A DNA stretch of 64,000 nt from a phage. The stretch lies in the sequence record PZ347775.1. One strand, given 5' to 3'. Shown here piece after piece: positions 34,122 to 43,595 of this stretch. Each line of letters starts with the position of its first letter. Positions within the stretch are counted from its first letter, which is position 1. The notes beneath the pieces were generated by a model. That model was not told the origin of the DNA and did no database searches. It saw only the letters and a list, made by a program, of their open reading frames with translations. The position numbers and the translations under genes were made by a program.

Positions 34122-34394
34122 TCATAGTTCAATCTCAGCGATTTTCATTTCATTACTACTAATAGACGCTTTAAGACTATCTGAAAGAATTACATTCCAG
34201 TGGTCATTCATATGACCATTAACTAAGCGTGTAATTTCTTCGGGAGTTGAAAAATAAGGCGTATCAGACTCCCAGTGCGATAGTCCCAAGCGAGTATAAA
34301 TCATACCTTCATCATCGCTAGAATATTCAACTGACACAAACTCATCAGTTATTTTATGCTTAGCGTAATAAAATTTAAATTTCATTTTACTCAA
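34122..34394 (-). CDS. hypothetical protein (90 aa)
   Basis: ORF track. Confidence 0.5.
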   Translation of the reverse strand: MSKMKFKFYYAKHKITDEFVSVEYSSDDEGMIYTRLGLSHWESDTPYFSTPEEITRLVNGHMNDHWNVILSDSLKASISSNEMKIAEIEL

Positions 34395-34597
34395 TAATCC
34401 GCTAAAAGATCGACGATTGCATCACGAAGACACTTATTCGCAATACGCTTAAGAGCAATTTCAGTTTCTGGAGCATTTTGAATAATCATTGAATTCAATT
34501 CAGCCTCAGCAAACTGAAGTTCTTTGACTAATTCAGCTTTATATTTTCCTTGCCCTTTCTTAGCTTTTGCTCGTTTTAATTCAGCTGTAGTAAACAT
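34391..34597 (-). CDS. hypothetical protein (about 68 aa)
   Basis: Track ORF trimmed to MFTTAELK; upstream part of track ORF is the promoter cassette. Confidence 0.5.
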   Translation of the reverse strand: MFTTAELKRAKAKKGQGKYKAELVKELQFAEAELNSMIIQNAPETEIALKRIANKCLRDAIVDLLADY

Positions 34598-34631
34598 TTT
34601 ATTCTCCAAATCCGCATCAGTTGATAGTTGT

Positions 34632-34661
34632 ATAGTACCACAGTCCTTGTGGTTTGTAAAC
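34632..34661 (-). promoter_or_regulatory. sigma70 early promoter (GTTTAC -35, TACTAT -10), cassette copy B
   Basis: Reverse complement GTTTAC-18nt-TACTAT; 43-nt downstream leader nearly identical to copy at 61964-62006. Confidence 0.55.
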
Positions 34662-34677
34662 CGTTTTGTGAAAATTT

Positions 34678-35235
34678 TTAAATGGAAAGATACCATCCGT
34701 TGTAGTTGCTTTTTCTTACAACTTTACGAAGGTCTTCTCTATCACCGATGAACTTCGGAGTGTACTGGATGACACCTGGATGAATTTCTTTAGTGTTGAA
34801 TATAATTATACAGTCAGCGACTTGGTGATTCAGAATGGGCCCTAGATTTATTCCAGAACCGTATGGATACTCTCCGCTGCATCCGGTTGTTACCGAAATC
34901 CAACGTGAGTCAGTTTGGTGTGTCTTAACTTCTACACGAAGCCCGCAATATCTTGGATGCGCCAATACATCCCATGCGTATGTATACGGGTCATTAACAT
35001 CCTCTTGGCCTTTGTTAACATACCCGCTCAGCCAATCTGCTACAAAAAACTCTGCATACACAGCGATACGGCATCTTTCGATAACTTCTGCTTTATCCTG
35101 ATTAGGATTTTGTTTTAAAGAGTATCTTGCTGTATCAGCAATTTTGACCTTCATTTCACTAGTCAAATCATTGTTCGATAGGGTAAATGTTGGAATCTGA
35201 AATAGTCTCTGTAAACCCGGATTCGTTTTCTGCAT
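34678..35235 (-). CDS. denB: endonuclease IV
   Basis: 185 aa as T4 DenB; adjacent to rIIB. Confidence 0.75.
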   Translation of the reverse strand: MQKTNPGLQRLFQIPTFTLSNNDLTSEMKVKIADTARYSLKQNPNQDKAEVIERCRIAVYAEFFVADWLSGYVNKGQEDVNDPYTYAWDVLAHPRYCGLRVEVKTHQTDSRWISVTTGCSGEYPYGSGINLGPILNHQVADCIIIFNTKEIHPGVIQYTPKFIGDREDLRKVVRKSNYNGWYLSI

Positions 35236-35300
35236 TAAACTTTCCTTTTACGTCGGAATCACTGATATTCATATAATAAATCATAGTTTCTCTTAAAACA

Positions 35301-35317
35301 AAAGGGCCGAAGCCCTT
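35301..35317 (-). terminator. UUCG-loop hairpin followed by U-rich tract
   Basis: mRNA aaagggc-UUCG-gcccuuu then uguuuu; lies 4 nt past stop of the 64-aa ORF. Confidence 0.5.
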
Positions 35318-35321
35318 TATT

Positions 35322-35516
35322 TTATTTGAATTGTGCAATTCTTTTCTCTAAACAATCTGCATAAGATTTCATTGAGATAAACTGCGAAAGCAGTAATTCT
35401 TGCTCGACTTCATTAATCGTTAGAAACTTTGTGCTTTCTAAAAATTTGCTTAGTGCATTAATTTTGAGCATTAATTGATCGTATTCTTCTTTTACTCGTG
35501 CTTGATAACCTAACAT
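35322..35516 (-). CDS. hypothetical protein (64 aa)
   Basis: ORF track; AAGGA SD; C-terminus ...IAQFK mirrors rIIB C-terminus ...TEQFK. Confidence 0.5.
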   Translation of the reverse strand: MLGYQARVKEEYDQLMLKINALSKFLESTKFLTINEVEQELLLSQFISMKSYADCLEKRIAQFK

Positions 35517-35530
35517 AATTTTCCTTAGTT

Positions 35531-35546
35531 AAGGGCCGAAGCCCTT
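35531..35546 (-). promoter_or_regulatory. UUCG-loop hairpin at rIIB 3' end (copy of the 35301 hairpin)
   Basis: Identical 16-nt aagggccgaagccctt; overlaps rIIB stop; precedes SD of the 64-aa ORF. Confidence 0.45.
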
Positions 35547-36483
35547 ATTTAAATTGTTCAGTAACGTCTTCAACTACTTCGTATTGGCAGGTACGCATTT
35601 TAGCATCGTTGTAATCAATCGGAATTGATACTACATCGCGAGGATGTACTTTAACTTTTACAACTCGGCTGGTTGAACTGCCAAAGTGACGAATATAAGA
35701 TTTAGAACACACATGCAGACCACGAGAACAAGTTTGTGTATCATCGTCATTCACACGAGTACGTGGCATTTTAACTACTTTACCAGGACTGTTATCAAAA
35801 GTATTTGAATGACAGTCAAAGTAATTACTGCGAACTACTTTCCAAGCATAGAAGTAACCGTCTTCTGTAATTTCAATATCGTTTGCTACCAAGAAATCAA
35901 AGAGTCGAGATACCGCTTTTTGGCTCGGGTTTTCTAACAGATTTTCCAAGAACGGAAAATAAAATTCAAAGTTTTCGCCTTTTTCCATCGAATCGAGAAT
36001 ACGATCAACTAAACCAGACCGCAATTCAATATTTTGATAGAACAAGCTTCCACCTTCAATTCGAACATCACCGGAAATATATTTTTCAACAGCGCGACGA
36101 ACGTTAATTTTTTGCGCCGCTTCTTCCAATTTATCTGCAACAAGCAGATTAAGAATTTCCTGGAAGTTTGAATGAGTATTAGGAGTTGCGTTATAAGTTA
36201 CACCGTCAACAGTAATTGAAATGAATTTTTTAGATGCATTCCAAATAATGTCAGATTTAGCAACTGGAGCAATAGCTGCATCGCTCTTAACTGTAACTGT
36301 AATGTCACCGCTAATGGTAACTTTGGAGCGCTCAGCTTCTTCAGCATTTTTCAAAACACGACGGATTGTGTCCACCGATACACCTTGCCAATCAGCCAAT
36401 TCCTGTTGGGTGTAATTACCACTTGAATACAGTTTGACAATTTCAGCTTGTTCGTTTTTGGTCAGGCATTTAATATTGTACAT
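35545..36483 (-). CDS. rIIB: rIIB membrane-associated protein
   Basis: 312 aa as T4 rIIB; immediately downstream of rIIA. Confidence 0.9.
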   Translation of the reverse strand: MYNIKCLTKNEQAEIVKLYSSGNYTQQELADWQGVSVDTIRRVLKNAEEAERSKVTISGDITVTVKSDAAIAPVAKSDIIWNASKKFISITVDGVTYNATPNTHSNFQEILNLLVADKLEEAAQKINVRRAVEKYISGDVRIEGGSLFYQNIELRSGLVDRILDSMEKGENFEFYFPFLENLLENPSQKAVSRLFDFLVANDIEITEDGYFYAWKVVRSNYFDCHSNTFDNSPGKVVKMPRTRVNDDDTQTCSRGLHVCSKSYIRHFGSSTSRVVKVKVHPRDVVSIPIDYNDAKMRTCQYEVVEDVTEQFK

Positions 36484-36494
36484 AATTTTCCTTA

Positions 36495-38672
36495 TTAGGC
36501 CGCAAGGGCCTTCATAGTTTTAGCGATTTGGGAAACTTCATCATCACTTAAAGAATTGCGATAACCGATGAAGTCGGAAACAATACGGAATTTCTTGGTA
36601 AACTCAGCAACCATTTTATCACTGTTTTTTAAAGCATTACGTGATAATTCATCAAAAAGATTAGTTACGGTCCAGATGTCATGACCGATGGTATCTTTTC
36701 CACCATTGAAATATACACCCCGCAATGAACTAACCATATTACCAAGGCGAGTATATTCTTCGGAAACTTCATCTGTACTGAAATATTTCATCATAAAATT
36801 AAGTTCAGGATACTTAATAATTTTATCAATATATCGCTGAGCTGAACTTGAATAACCTACATACTTATCATAATCTACATCGTCAAAAGCATCTACATAT
36901 AAATCACGCAGAGTTTCAAAAATACATTGGCACTGACCAAGTTCTTTTACCTTTTTCTGCAAAAGTGGACGAATAACATAAAATTCATTAATGCCAATAA
37001 GATTAGCCATACGGGTCAAAATACTCGTAGATGGATTACAAAGCGATGTAGTACCATCCATAGAGAAAATATCAGAACGATGCATATATGCTACATAACC
37101 AGTAATTTCATCTGCTTCTGATGTGAGCGTAAACAGTTCCTCTTTTTCCCAGCGCCCGTCTTTAATTTCAAACTTAAATGCAGTAGCAGTTTTAGGACGA
37201 GGAGCTGCGCTTTTTACTACCTTTGGAATATAACTTTTAACTAAAGCTTCGATTTCTGACAAATAATGAATGTTAACTTCATCACTTTCAAACATTGCCA
37301 TAATGTCAGGAAGCAAATCAATCTGCGATTCTACTTCTGGATTAATAAACAGAAGCCGCTCATTGTGATGAATATTTAAGGTGTTATTAAATTCGCTATC
37401 ATCTAATGCACGTGCTAATCCACGGACAATATTAACACGATTTTTAGTATTATCAATAACAATATTAATTTTTGACGTATTAATACCAAACAGACGATAG
37501 CTTGACGCAACGGCTGAAGTTTCATGGCTTTGCTTAATGCGTTTCAGTCGAGGGTCAAGATTTACTTCATACACAACCCCTGCATTGCATAACTTACTGT
37601 CAGGTTCAAACATACTCTGCATCTTTTTATATGACAGATTTTTAGTCGTGAATTTGACTGAATTGCTAATCATATAATCTCGGGCAGAATATCCCATCTT
37701 CATCAATTCACGGTATGTATGACGAGGAGATGTAGATTCTTTAAATCGTTTTACATCTTCATTAAACGCCTGCTCACTGAGCTCTTTAACACGCTCAATA
37801 ATATTTTTACGAGTACGATCATCTAGTGAAAGAGCCTCACGCGATGGGGCAATATCAAGTGAACCCATTGGAAACTTAATGTAATTCACTTCATTGCGGA
37901 TGCTTAACCAGTTACGATCTCTAATAACACCTTCGATAGGATAAACAATGCCGCCATAGATAGCATACAATCCACCGCGATCTGGCCAGTATCTTTCTGG
38001 ATTTACGCCGTAATAATCATCAAAATCCGGAAAATAATCAATTTCGCGGTCAAGACCGTTAATGATAGCCAAATCTTTGAATGGTCGCATAATATAAGAA
38101 ACTTCATAAGCAAAGTTTCTAAAGTCTTTTTCTTCAACTGGAACTACGATTTCAATACCAGTTTTATCATCTGGACCCATTTCTTTTACGAATGTAGGTT
38201 TAATCTGTGGACCATCACCATCCATGTAAGCTACATAACCACGAATTTCACCTTTATGATATGAAGTAATACTAAATGTATCAGTATAACTAAACGGAGA
38301 TTTAGAACCTAAACCAAATCCACCAATGAAATCATTAGATTCAGCCTTAGATGAACTAAAGTATGAATTATACAACCCAGGAGAATTATCATCACCCTGA
38401 ATATCAAAATCGCTCATACCTGGACCAAAATCTCGGCAAACAAATCGCGGATCTAATCGTCCTGGAACTTGAATGATAAATTTTTCAGGATTTCCATTAA
38501 GAGCATGGGCATCAATCATGTTGGTAATCAATTCACGGACTACTGCGCGAATCTTGTTTGTATACAAATCAGATGACAGAATTTTAAATACTTTAGGAGA
38601 CGCTGTGATGCTAAATGCTTTTGATTTAGAACCATTACCAAGAATTGTTTCTTTTTCAGTGGTGATAATCAT
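36495..38672 (-). CDS. rIIA: rIIA protein
   Basis: 725 aa as T4 rIIA; N-terminal GHKL-like region. Confidence 0.9.
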   Translation of the reverse strand: MIITTEKETILGNGSKSKAFSITASPKVFKILSSDLYTNKIRAVVRELITNMIDAHALNGNPEKFIIQVPGRLDPRFVCRDFGPGMSDFDIQGDDNSPGLYNSYFSSSKAESNDFIGGFGLGSKSPFSYTDTFSITSYHKGEIRGYVAYMDGDGPQIKPTFVKEMGPDDKTGIEIVVPVEEKDFRNFAYEVSYIMRPFKDLAIINGLDREIDYFPDFDDYYGVNPERYWPDRGGLYAIYGGIVYPIEGVIRDRNWLSIRNEVNYIKFPMGSLDIAPSREALSLDDRTRKNIIERVKELSEQAFNEDVKRFKESTSPRHTYRELMKMGYSARDYMISNSVKFTTKNLSYKKMQSMFEPDSKLCNAGVVYEVNLDPRLKRIKQSHETSAVASSYRLFGINTSKINIVIDNTKNRVNIVRGLARALDDSEFNNTLNIHHNERLLFINPEVESQIDLLPDIMAMFESDEVNIHYLSEIEALVKSYIPKVVKSAAPRPKTATAFKFEIKDGRWEKEELFTLTSEADEITGYVAYMHRSDIFSMDGTTSLCNPSTSILTRMANLIGINEFYVIRPLLQKKVKELGQCQCIFETLRDLYVDAFDDVDYDKYVGYSSSAQRYIDKIIKYPELNFMMKYFSTDEVSEEYTRLGNMVSSLRGVYFNGGKDTIGHDIWTVTNLFDELSRNALKNSDKMVAEFTKKFRIVSDFIGYRNSLSDDEVSQIAKTMKALAA

Positions 38673-38682
38673 AATTTCCTCA

Positions 38683-38886
38683 TTAATTCATATTGCGTTT
38701 AATAACTTCAGCAACTTCTAGTAGTTCATCTTTAGTTGCGGTGTCGGATTGAATTTTATCTCTAATATCCTTAAAGCGGTTTTTAAACTCTTCGGCTTCT
38801 CCCATATCGAAAAAGCGTTGAATGATTCTATATTCTCGATGAACTGCTTTATCAAAAAGTTCTAAATTTACTTTATATGATTTCAT
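38683..38886 (-). CDS. hypothetical protein (67 aa), rIIA.1-like
   Basis: ORF track; between gene 39 and rIIA. Confidence 0.55.
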   Translation of the reverse strand: MKSYKVNLELFDKAVHREYRIIQRFFDMGEAEEFKNRFKDIRDKIQSDTATKDELLEVAEVIKRNMN

Positions 38887-38911
38887 TTCAATATCCTCAT
38901 TTGCCCAATTA

Positions 38912-38941
38912 ATTATACCACATCCTTGTGGTAAAGTAAAC
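38912..38941 (-). promoter_or_regulatory. sigma70 early promoter (GTTTAC -35, TATAAT -10)
   Basis: Reverse complement GTTTAC-18nt-TATAAT; -35 overlaps gene 39 stop; ccaca/tgtgg stem in spacer. Confidence 0.55.
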
Positions 38942-40758
38942 TATTGGCTCATCCATTCTTTACGAAGGTCAGCATTATCTCCCATAAGCATTTCAAAAAG
39001 CTCTTTCCAGTTCTCAGGAAGTTTAACAACATCATATACTGGATTTTGAATCATCTCACGATATTCAGATTTTTCCAAAGAGCCAAGTCCTTTAATATAA
39101 CGGATGCTATGTTTAGGTAGAGCATCTTTGGCACTCTCATATTCAGCGACTGTATAAAACCATTCTTGTTTTTTACCGACCTGAGCGATGATTACAGGAG
39201 TTTTGACAAAGCGAATTCTTCCTTGTTCAAACAGTTCTGGCCAATTACTAAAAAATCCGAGCAGAGAAGGATAAATGCTTCCTAGACCATCATGGTCAGC
39301 GTCAGTCATAATGGCAATATTGTGATAATTCAAGTTTTCGGCTTTTTCACCAAGAACTAATCCAGTGATTGCGCAAATATCAAACAGTTCTTTGTTTTTA
39401 AGCATATCAGCATAAGACATACCCCAACTGTTGAGAACTTTACCACGCAATGGATAACCACCATGAAGTTCTTTATCACGAACATCAATAAGATATCCGA
39501 TAGCAGAATCACCCTCAGTCAAGAAAAGAGTAGTATCAGCATCTTTACCGCAAAGATTCGCTTTAATATGTTTATGAACCTTAGCTTTAGAAGCCTTTTT
39601 AGCTGCTTTAGTTTCTGCTGCTTTTTCTGCCGCCAATTTACGAGCCAAAGCAGCTTCAATAATTGGCATTAAAATTGCTTCATTATTTAAAATAGCACGT
39701 GAAATCTTTTTAGCATCAAGCTGAATATGACTACGAATTTCACCAAATGGAGAAGTCAAACGCTCTTTAGTTTGAGAATCAAATCGCATGTTTTTCATAT
39801 CACGAACAAACATAACGATAGTCAAACATTCTTTAACACGTGCTTTAGTTACATCAATTTTGAACTTACGTTTGATTTGTGGAATAAGGTCTTCACAAAT
39901 ATCATCCATAACACAGTCAATGTGATGGCCACCATTCTTAGTATGAATGTTATTAACGTATGTTAATTGACGAAAACCGTCGGGTGAACGACCGACCGCA
40001 ATAGAACAGTTTTCCTGTTCTTGAACGATAGCATGCTCATCATATTGGCGTGCATATTTCTTAAAATTACCCTGAACCTTTTTACCGTTAAAGGTAAATT
40101 GAATATCAGGATAAACTACTGCAAGTGTCTGGAGACGATCTAGTGTAATGTCAAGATAAACTTGAGATAGCTCATTAGTTTCAAATGACATAAAATCAGG
40201 AATGAAAGTAACGCGAGTTCCTTTCCATTTTCCAGGAATATCTTCCCATGATTTATTTTCCATGCCATTTGAACAACGAACTACAATATTATTTTGACCA
40301 TCGCCAGTTTCACCGACAAACATCACAGAAAAAATGTTAGTTAAACTAGAACCAACACCGTTCATACCGCCAGTGACGCGTTCTTTGTCATCACCGAAGT
40401 TACCACCTGCTTTTGGAATAGTCCAGGCAGCAACAGGACCAGGAATTTCTTCACCAGTAGGTGTTTTAACCATCGCTTGTGGAATACCACGACCGTTATC
40501 TTCAACTGTTACTTGATTGTTTTTAATAGTAACATTAATTTTATTCGCGAATTTAAACTTAGTACGAATACCTTCATCTACTGAGTTATCGATAATTTCA
40601 TCAATAAGCTTAACAAGACCAGGTACATACTGAACACTTTCCCATTTACCAAACAGAAAGCGCTCATGCATTTCATTAGCAGAAGAACCAATGTACATGC
40701 CGCTACGCTTTTTGATATGTTCAATATCGCTCAGAATTTTAATTTCATTCTTAATCAT
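38941..40758 (-). CDS. 39: DNA topoisomerase II large subunit, uninterrupted (gp39 with gp60-equivalent C-terminus)
   Basis: 605 aa from MIKNEIK; GHKL ATPase motif VEDNGRGIP; C-terminal about 115 aa (IAIMTDADHDGLGSIYPSLL...) is the segment encoded by the separate gene 60 in T4. Confidence 0.95.
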   Translation of the reverse strand: MIKNEIKILSDIEHIKKRSGMYIGSSANEMHERFLFGKWESVQYVPGLVKLIDEIIDNSVDEGIRTKFKFANKINVTIKNNQVTVEDNGRGIPQAMVKTPTGEEIPGPVAAWTIPKAGGNFGDDKERVTGGMNGVGSSLTNIFSVMFVGETGDGQNNIVVRCSNGMENKSWEDIPGKWKGTRVTFIPDFMSFETNELSQVYLDITLDRLQTLAVVYPDIQFTFNGKKVQGNFKKYARQYDEHAIVQEQENCSIAVGRSPDGFRQLTYVNNIHTKNGGHHIDCVMDDICEDLIPQIKRKFKIDVTKARVKECLTIVMFVRDMKNMRFDSQTKERLTSPFGEIRSHIQLDAKKISRAILNNEAILMPIIEAALARKLAAEKAAETKAAKKASKAKVHKHIKANLCGKDADTTLFLTEGDSAIGYLIDVRDKELHGGYPLRGKVLNSWGMSYADMLKNKELFDICAITGLVLGEKAENLNYHNIAIMTDADHDGLGSIYPSLLGFFSNWPELFEQGRIRFVKTPVIIAQVGKKQEWFYTVAEYESAKDALPKHSIRYIKGLGSLEKSEYREMIQNPVYDVVKLPENWKELFEMLMGDNADLRKEWMSQ

Positions 40759-40785
40759 CACTTATCCTCGTTTGATTTCGGGAAT

Positions 40786-40812
40786 ATTATACTCCGGTAA
40801 TCATAAAGCTAA
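40786..40812 (-). promoter_or_regulatory. candidate MotA-dependent middle promoter upstream of gene 39
   Basis: Minus strand reads aGCTTTA (MotA-box-like, one mismatch) - 12 nt - TATAAT, then GAGGA SD and gene 39 ATG. Confidence 0.3.
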
Positions 40813-40827
40813 AGGCCCGAAGGCCTT

Positions 40828-41088
40828 TTATTTAAAACGGATAGTCGAATCCTTGAAGAATAGACCAGAACATACGGTTCCTTCTACTTTCTGCCCTGTA
40901 GGTCCAATAGCACGAAATCCAGTATGCTGGAAATCATTTTCAGAGCAACCGAACCAATTATATCCAGTGATTTCAATATTAGTAAAACCACTTGAAGACA
41001 AAACTTTGGTTGCATTATCAGCATCAGTACATCCTACTAAAGATACTGCTAATACTAATGCCGCGATAGAACGATTAACATATTTCAT
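40828..41088 (-). CDS. predicted lipoprotein (about 86 aa)
   Basis: Track ORF trimmed to first ATG MKYVNRSIAALVLAVSLVGCTD (signal peptide + lipobox). Confidence 0.5.
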   Translation of the reverse strand: MKYVNRSIAALVLAVSLVGCTDADNATKVLSSSGFTNIEITGYNWFGCSENDFQHTGFRAIGPTGQKVEGTVCSGLFFKDSTIRFK

Positions 41089-41092
41089 AATT

Positions 41093-41464
41093 TCACTCAA
41101 ATTTAATGGCTTGAAGGAGACTAATAATTCTTAAGCGACTTCTTTCATCTTTAACTGTAAAAGAAAGAGGGTCACCAGATTTCATAGTGATGGTGCATCC
41201 AAAATCAAAATCTTCTGTAACTTCTTCGAAGAAGTCAAATTCTTCATCATAAATTAGAACATTACTCTGAAAACTGTGAAGAATTTTTCCATCATTTCCA
41301 GATGCTGTACTAATCATTGTAACATTATGGCCTTTCATATCTTCAACGATAAATTCGCTTGTAGATATTACGGCATTAATAGAACCATTCCTATAAATAG
41401 AAGAAAGCAGATATTTCTTTTCTTCACCTTCGCGAACACGATATTTCTTACCGATTTTAAACAT
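41093..41464 (-). CDS. hypothetical protein (about 123 aa)
   Basis: ORF track trimmed to first ATG (MFKIGKKYRV). Confidence 0.5.
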   Translation of the reverse strand: MFKIGKKYRVREGEEKKYLLSSIYRNGSINAVISTSEFIVEDMKGHNVTMISTASGNDGKILHSFQSNVLIYDEEFDFFEEVTEDFDFGCTITMKSGDPLSFTVKDERSRLRIISLLQAIKFE

Positions 41465-41466
41465 AA

Positions 41467-41643
41467 TCACCCTTTAAGTAAGTCGTAAAATCCACCATTC
41501 ACATGCTTAGGAGCAGAAGGCAGACGAGTAGACAAACGATGACATTTAGGGCAAACATCATTTTCTCGTTCAGAAATCTTTTTAATTTTTTCATATTCAT
41601 GCCCACAATCTTCGGATTGGCATTTATAATCATACAATGGCAT
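41467..41643 (-). CDS. zinc-ribbon protein (58 aa)
   Basis: Hand-read ORF MPLYDYKCQSEDCGHEYEKIKKISERENDVCPKCHRL...; CxxC-17-CxxC. Confidence 0.45.
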   Translation of the reverse strand: MPLYDYKCQSEDCGHEYEKIKKISERENDVCPKCHRLSTRLPSAPKHVNGGFYDLLKG

Positions 41644-41645
41644 AA

Positions 41646-42065
41646 TTATTCCTTAAAGTGTGCTTTCAACATCTGATACAAGGACCATGCCTGTTCATTA
41701 TTTTCAATAGTAACTTTCATGACTGGGAATTCTGTGAAATCTTCTATTTGTTCTTGCTCTTCCTGCTCTTGTTCTTCAGATGCCTGGTATGGATTTTCCA
41801 CTTCATCAAAGAACCCAGCTTCGTTAGTAGAAAGCCAGATAAAGTTTTCGTCAAGGATATCACCATGTGTTGCATATCCAACTGTGCCAGTAGATGTCAC
41901 AATTTTAGTAGGACGCCCGTAATAGTCCACATCTAAAATTTTAAAAGGTTCCATACCTAAACGTCGTGCATAGATTCCGTTATCAGTATGGTCTTTAATA
42001 AAATTTTCTTGAGCTTGTTTATTTTTAAATTGATACCATTTATTAACTTCAAATCTAATAGCCAT
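41646..42065 (-). CDS. hypothetical protein (139 aa) with acidic EQEQEEQEQ tract
   Basis: ORF track. Confidence 0.55.
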   Translation of the reverse strand: MAIRFEVNKWYQFKNKQAQENFIKDHTDNGIYARRLGMEPFKILDVDYYGRPTKIVTSTGTVGYATHGDILDENFIWLSTNEAGFFDEVENPYQASEEQEQEEQEQIEDFTEFPVMKVTIENNEQAWSLYQMLKAHFKE

Positions 42066-42280
42066 TAATAAATTTCCTTCCAGTAAGTTGTGCCATCTTC
42101 AGTAATTTCACGGAATACACCGTAAATTGGTTGTTTATCGCCGACTTTCTCATACACATAAACCGAAGTCAAGTGAGTAAACTTAACAGTATGTTCCTTT
42201 TGAACCACTACCAAATCTGGATCAAATAATACATCTTCAAATTCGTCATTAGTGCAGTTCTGAACAATTTTACGTTTCAT
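42065..42280 (-). CDS. hypothetical protein (71 aa)
   Basis: ORF track. Confidence 0.5.
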   Translation of the reverse strand: MKRKIVQNCTNDEFEDVLFDPDLVVVQKEHTVKFTHLTSVYVYEKVGDKQPIYGVFREITEDGTTYWKEIY

Positions 42281-42293
42281 TACAATTTCCTCA

Positions 42294-42563
42294 TTAATTG
42301 AACAGTGGAGCGATGCGTTTCAGAAGAGTAGCAGCACCTTTGGCAAATTTTACATCATGAAAAACAGTTTCTTCTTCCGTTACAACACGAACTTTAATGT
42401 TTTCACAATCCCAATTTTTACGAACAATCTTCAAAAGCTGCAGTAAATCTTTACATTCAGCAATATCGATAACACATCCACGAGAATCTTCCATTATCGC
42501 ACGATAACCATAAGCCATACCATAATCGTTGAAAGATTGTTCGATGATAATTAAGTTTTCCAT
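42294..42563 (-). CDS. hypothetical protein (about 89 aa)
   Basis: Track ORF trimmed to first ATG MENLIIIEQ. Confidence 0.5.
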   Translation of the reverse strand: MENLIIIEQSFNDYGMAYGYRAIMEDSRGCVIDIAECKDLLQLLKIVRKNWDCENIKVRVVTEEETVFHDVKFAKGAATLLKRIAPLFN

Positions 42564-42591
42564 TTTATTCTCCAAGTTGTTTTCTGTATCA

Positions 42592-42660
42592 GTAGTTGAT
42601 ATTGATATAGTACCATAATCAACTACTGATGTATATAGTTTTATGAAAAAATTTTAAACT
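42592..42660 (-). promoter_or_regulatory. promoter/stem-loop cassette with 11-bp inverted repeat
   Basis: cagtagttgat...atcaactactg inverted repeat enclosing TACTAT; GTTTAA and TATATA motifs upstream; same leader family as other cassettes. Confidence 0.4.
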
Positions 42661-42670
42661 TTATGCAAAT

Positions 42671-43090
42671 TTATGCTAAAGCTGCTTCGCACCATTTTTT
42701 AATTTGGAATTCAGGAACTACCATGAACTGGCCTGCAAAAACAATATTGTAGAGCTTGACGCCATCTTCTACCCAACGGTCCGAAATAAAACCAGCGACT
42801 TGATTCGTTGTCCACGGAGTTCCATCTGTTGCCGCCGCAATTGTGAATTTATGGTCTTTTACAACTAAAACTGAAGAACAAAGTTTCCATTTAAATGCGC
42901 TTTCTTCTGGCTCAATGAATTGGCTTGAGACATAACCAATGTTACCATCAGCGTCACGAACTTTAACCTCGTTACGACCAAAAACTGGATCACTTACAGA
43001 AAGAACTTCAACCAGCTTTCCTGCAACTTTAGAACGAGAAGCAACGGATACATATACGTAATCACCAGTAGAGAGATTTACAATATTCAT
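42671..43090 (-). CDS. MotB-like paralog (139 aa)
   Basis: Shares blocks with next ORF: GKLVE, EVKVR, WVEDGVKLYN.VF.G...V.PE. Confidence 0.6.
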   Translation of the reverse strand: MNIVNLSTGDYVYVSVASRSKVAGKLVEVLSVSDPVFGRNEVKVRDADGNIGYVSSQFIEPEESAFKWKLCSSVLVVKDHKFTIAAATDGTPWTTNQVAGFISDRWVEDGVKLYNIVFAGQFMVVPEFQIKKWCEAALA

Positions 43091-43106
43091 AATAATTCCT
43101 TAAACT

Positions 43107-43595
43107 TTATGCATAGAGAGCTTTGCTATAGTGTTTAATCCAGCTTTCAGGAATGACTTTGTATGTTCCTAAAAATACCACATTATACAGCTTAACACCG
43201 TCTTCTACCCACTGATCGGTAATGTATGCGCACATAGCACGAGTATAAACAGCCACACCATCATCTTTGATAAATTTAAATTCACAAGGAGCAATGAACT
43301 TAATAGCCTGACCGAGTTTCCACTTAAAGTCTACACCTACATGCGAAGTATCAATCGTTTCAATTCCTTTAGCAGGAACAGCTTTCAAAAACGCAGACTC
43401 AAGAAATTTCGCACGAACATAGCCAAACTGAGGTTTAGACTTTCCATCTTTAGGAATGATACGCACTTTTACTTCAGAATCTTCATCTTTAACACCATGT
43501 TTAAGCTGAATGCTTACAATTTCGACCAATTTTCCTGCTGCTTTAGAACGTGATTTATCAGATACACGAGCAATTTCACCAATATTAATAATCAT
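43107..43595 (-). CDS. motB: probable MotB (modifier of transcription)
   Basis: 162 aa as T4 MotB; early promoter upstream; paralogous to 42671..43090. Confidence 0.55.
   Translation of the reverse strand: MIINIGEIARVSDKSRSKAAGKLVEIVSIQLKHGVKDEDSEVKVRIIPKDGKSKPQFGYVRAKFLESAFLKAVPAKGIETIDTSHVGVDFKWKLGQAIKFIAPCEFKFIKDDGVAVYTRAMCAYITDQWVEDGVKLYNVVFLGTYKVIPESWIKHYSKALYA

Noticed and set aside
36497-36511. Short stem-loop overlapping the rIIA stop codon
   Set aside because: Only a 5-bp stem with a 5-nt loop and no U-tract; too weak to call a terminator or regulatory element
38941-40758. Translational bypass (gene 60 type hop) or mobA insertion in the topoisomerase gene
   Set aside because: The reading frame is continuous through the gp60-equivalent region, with no 50-nt gap or stop
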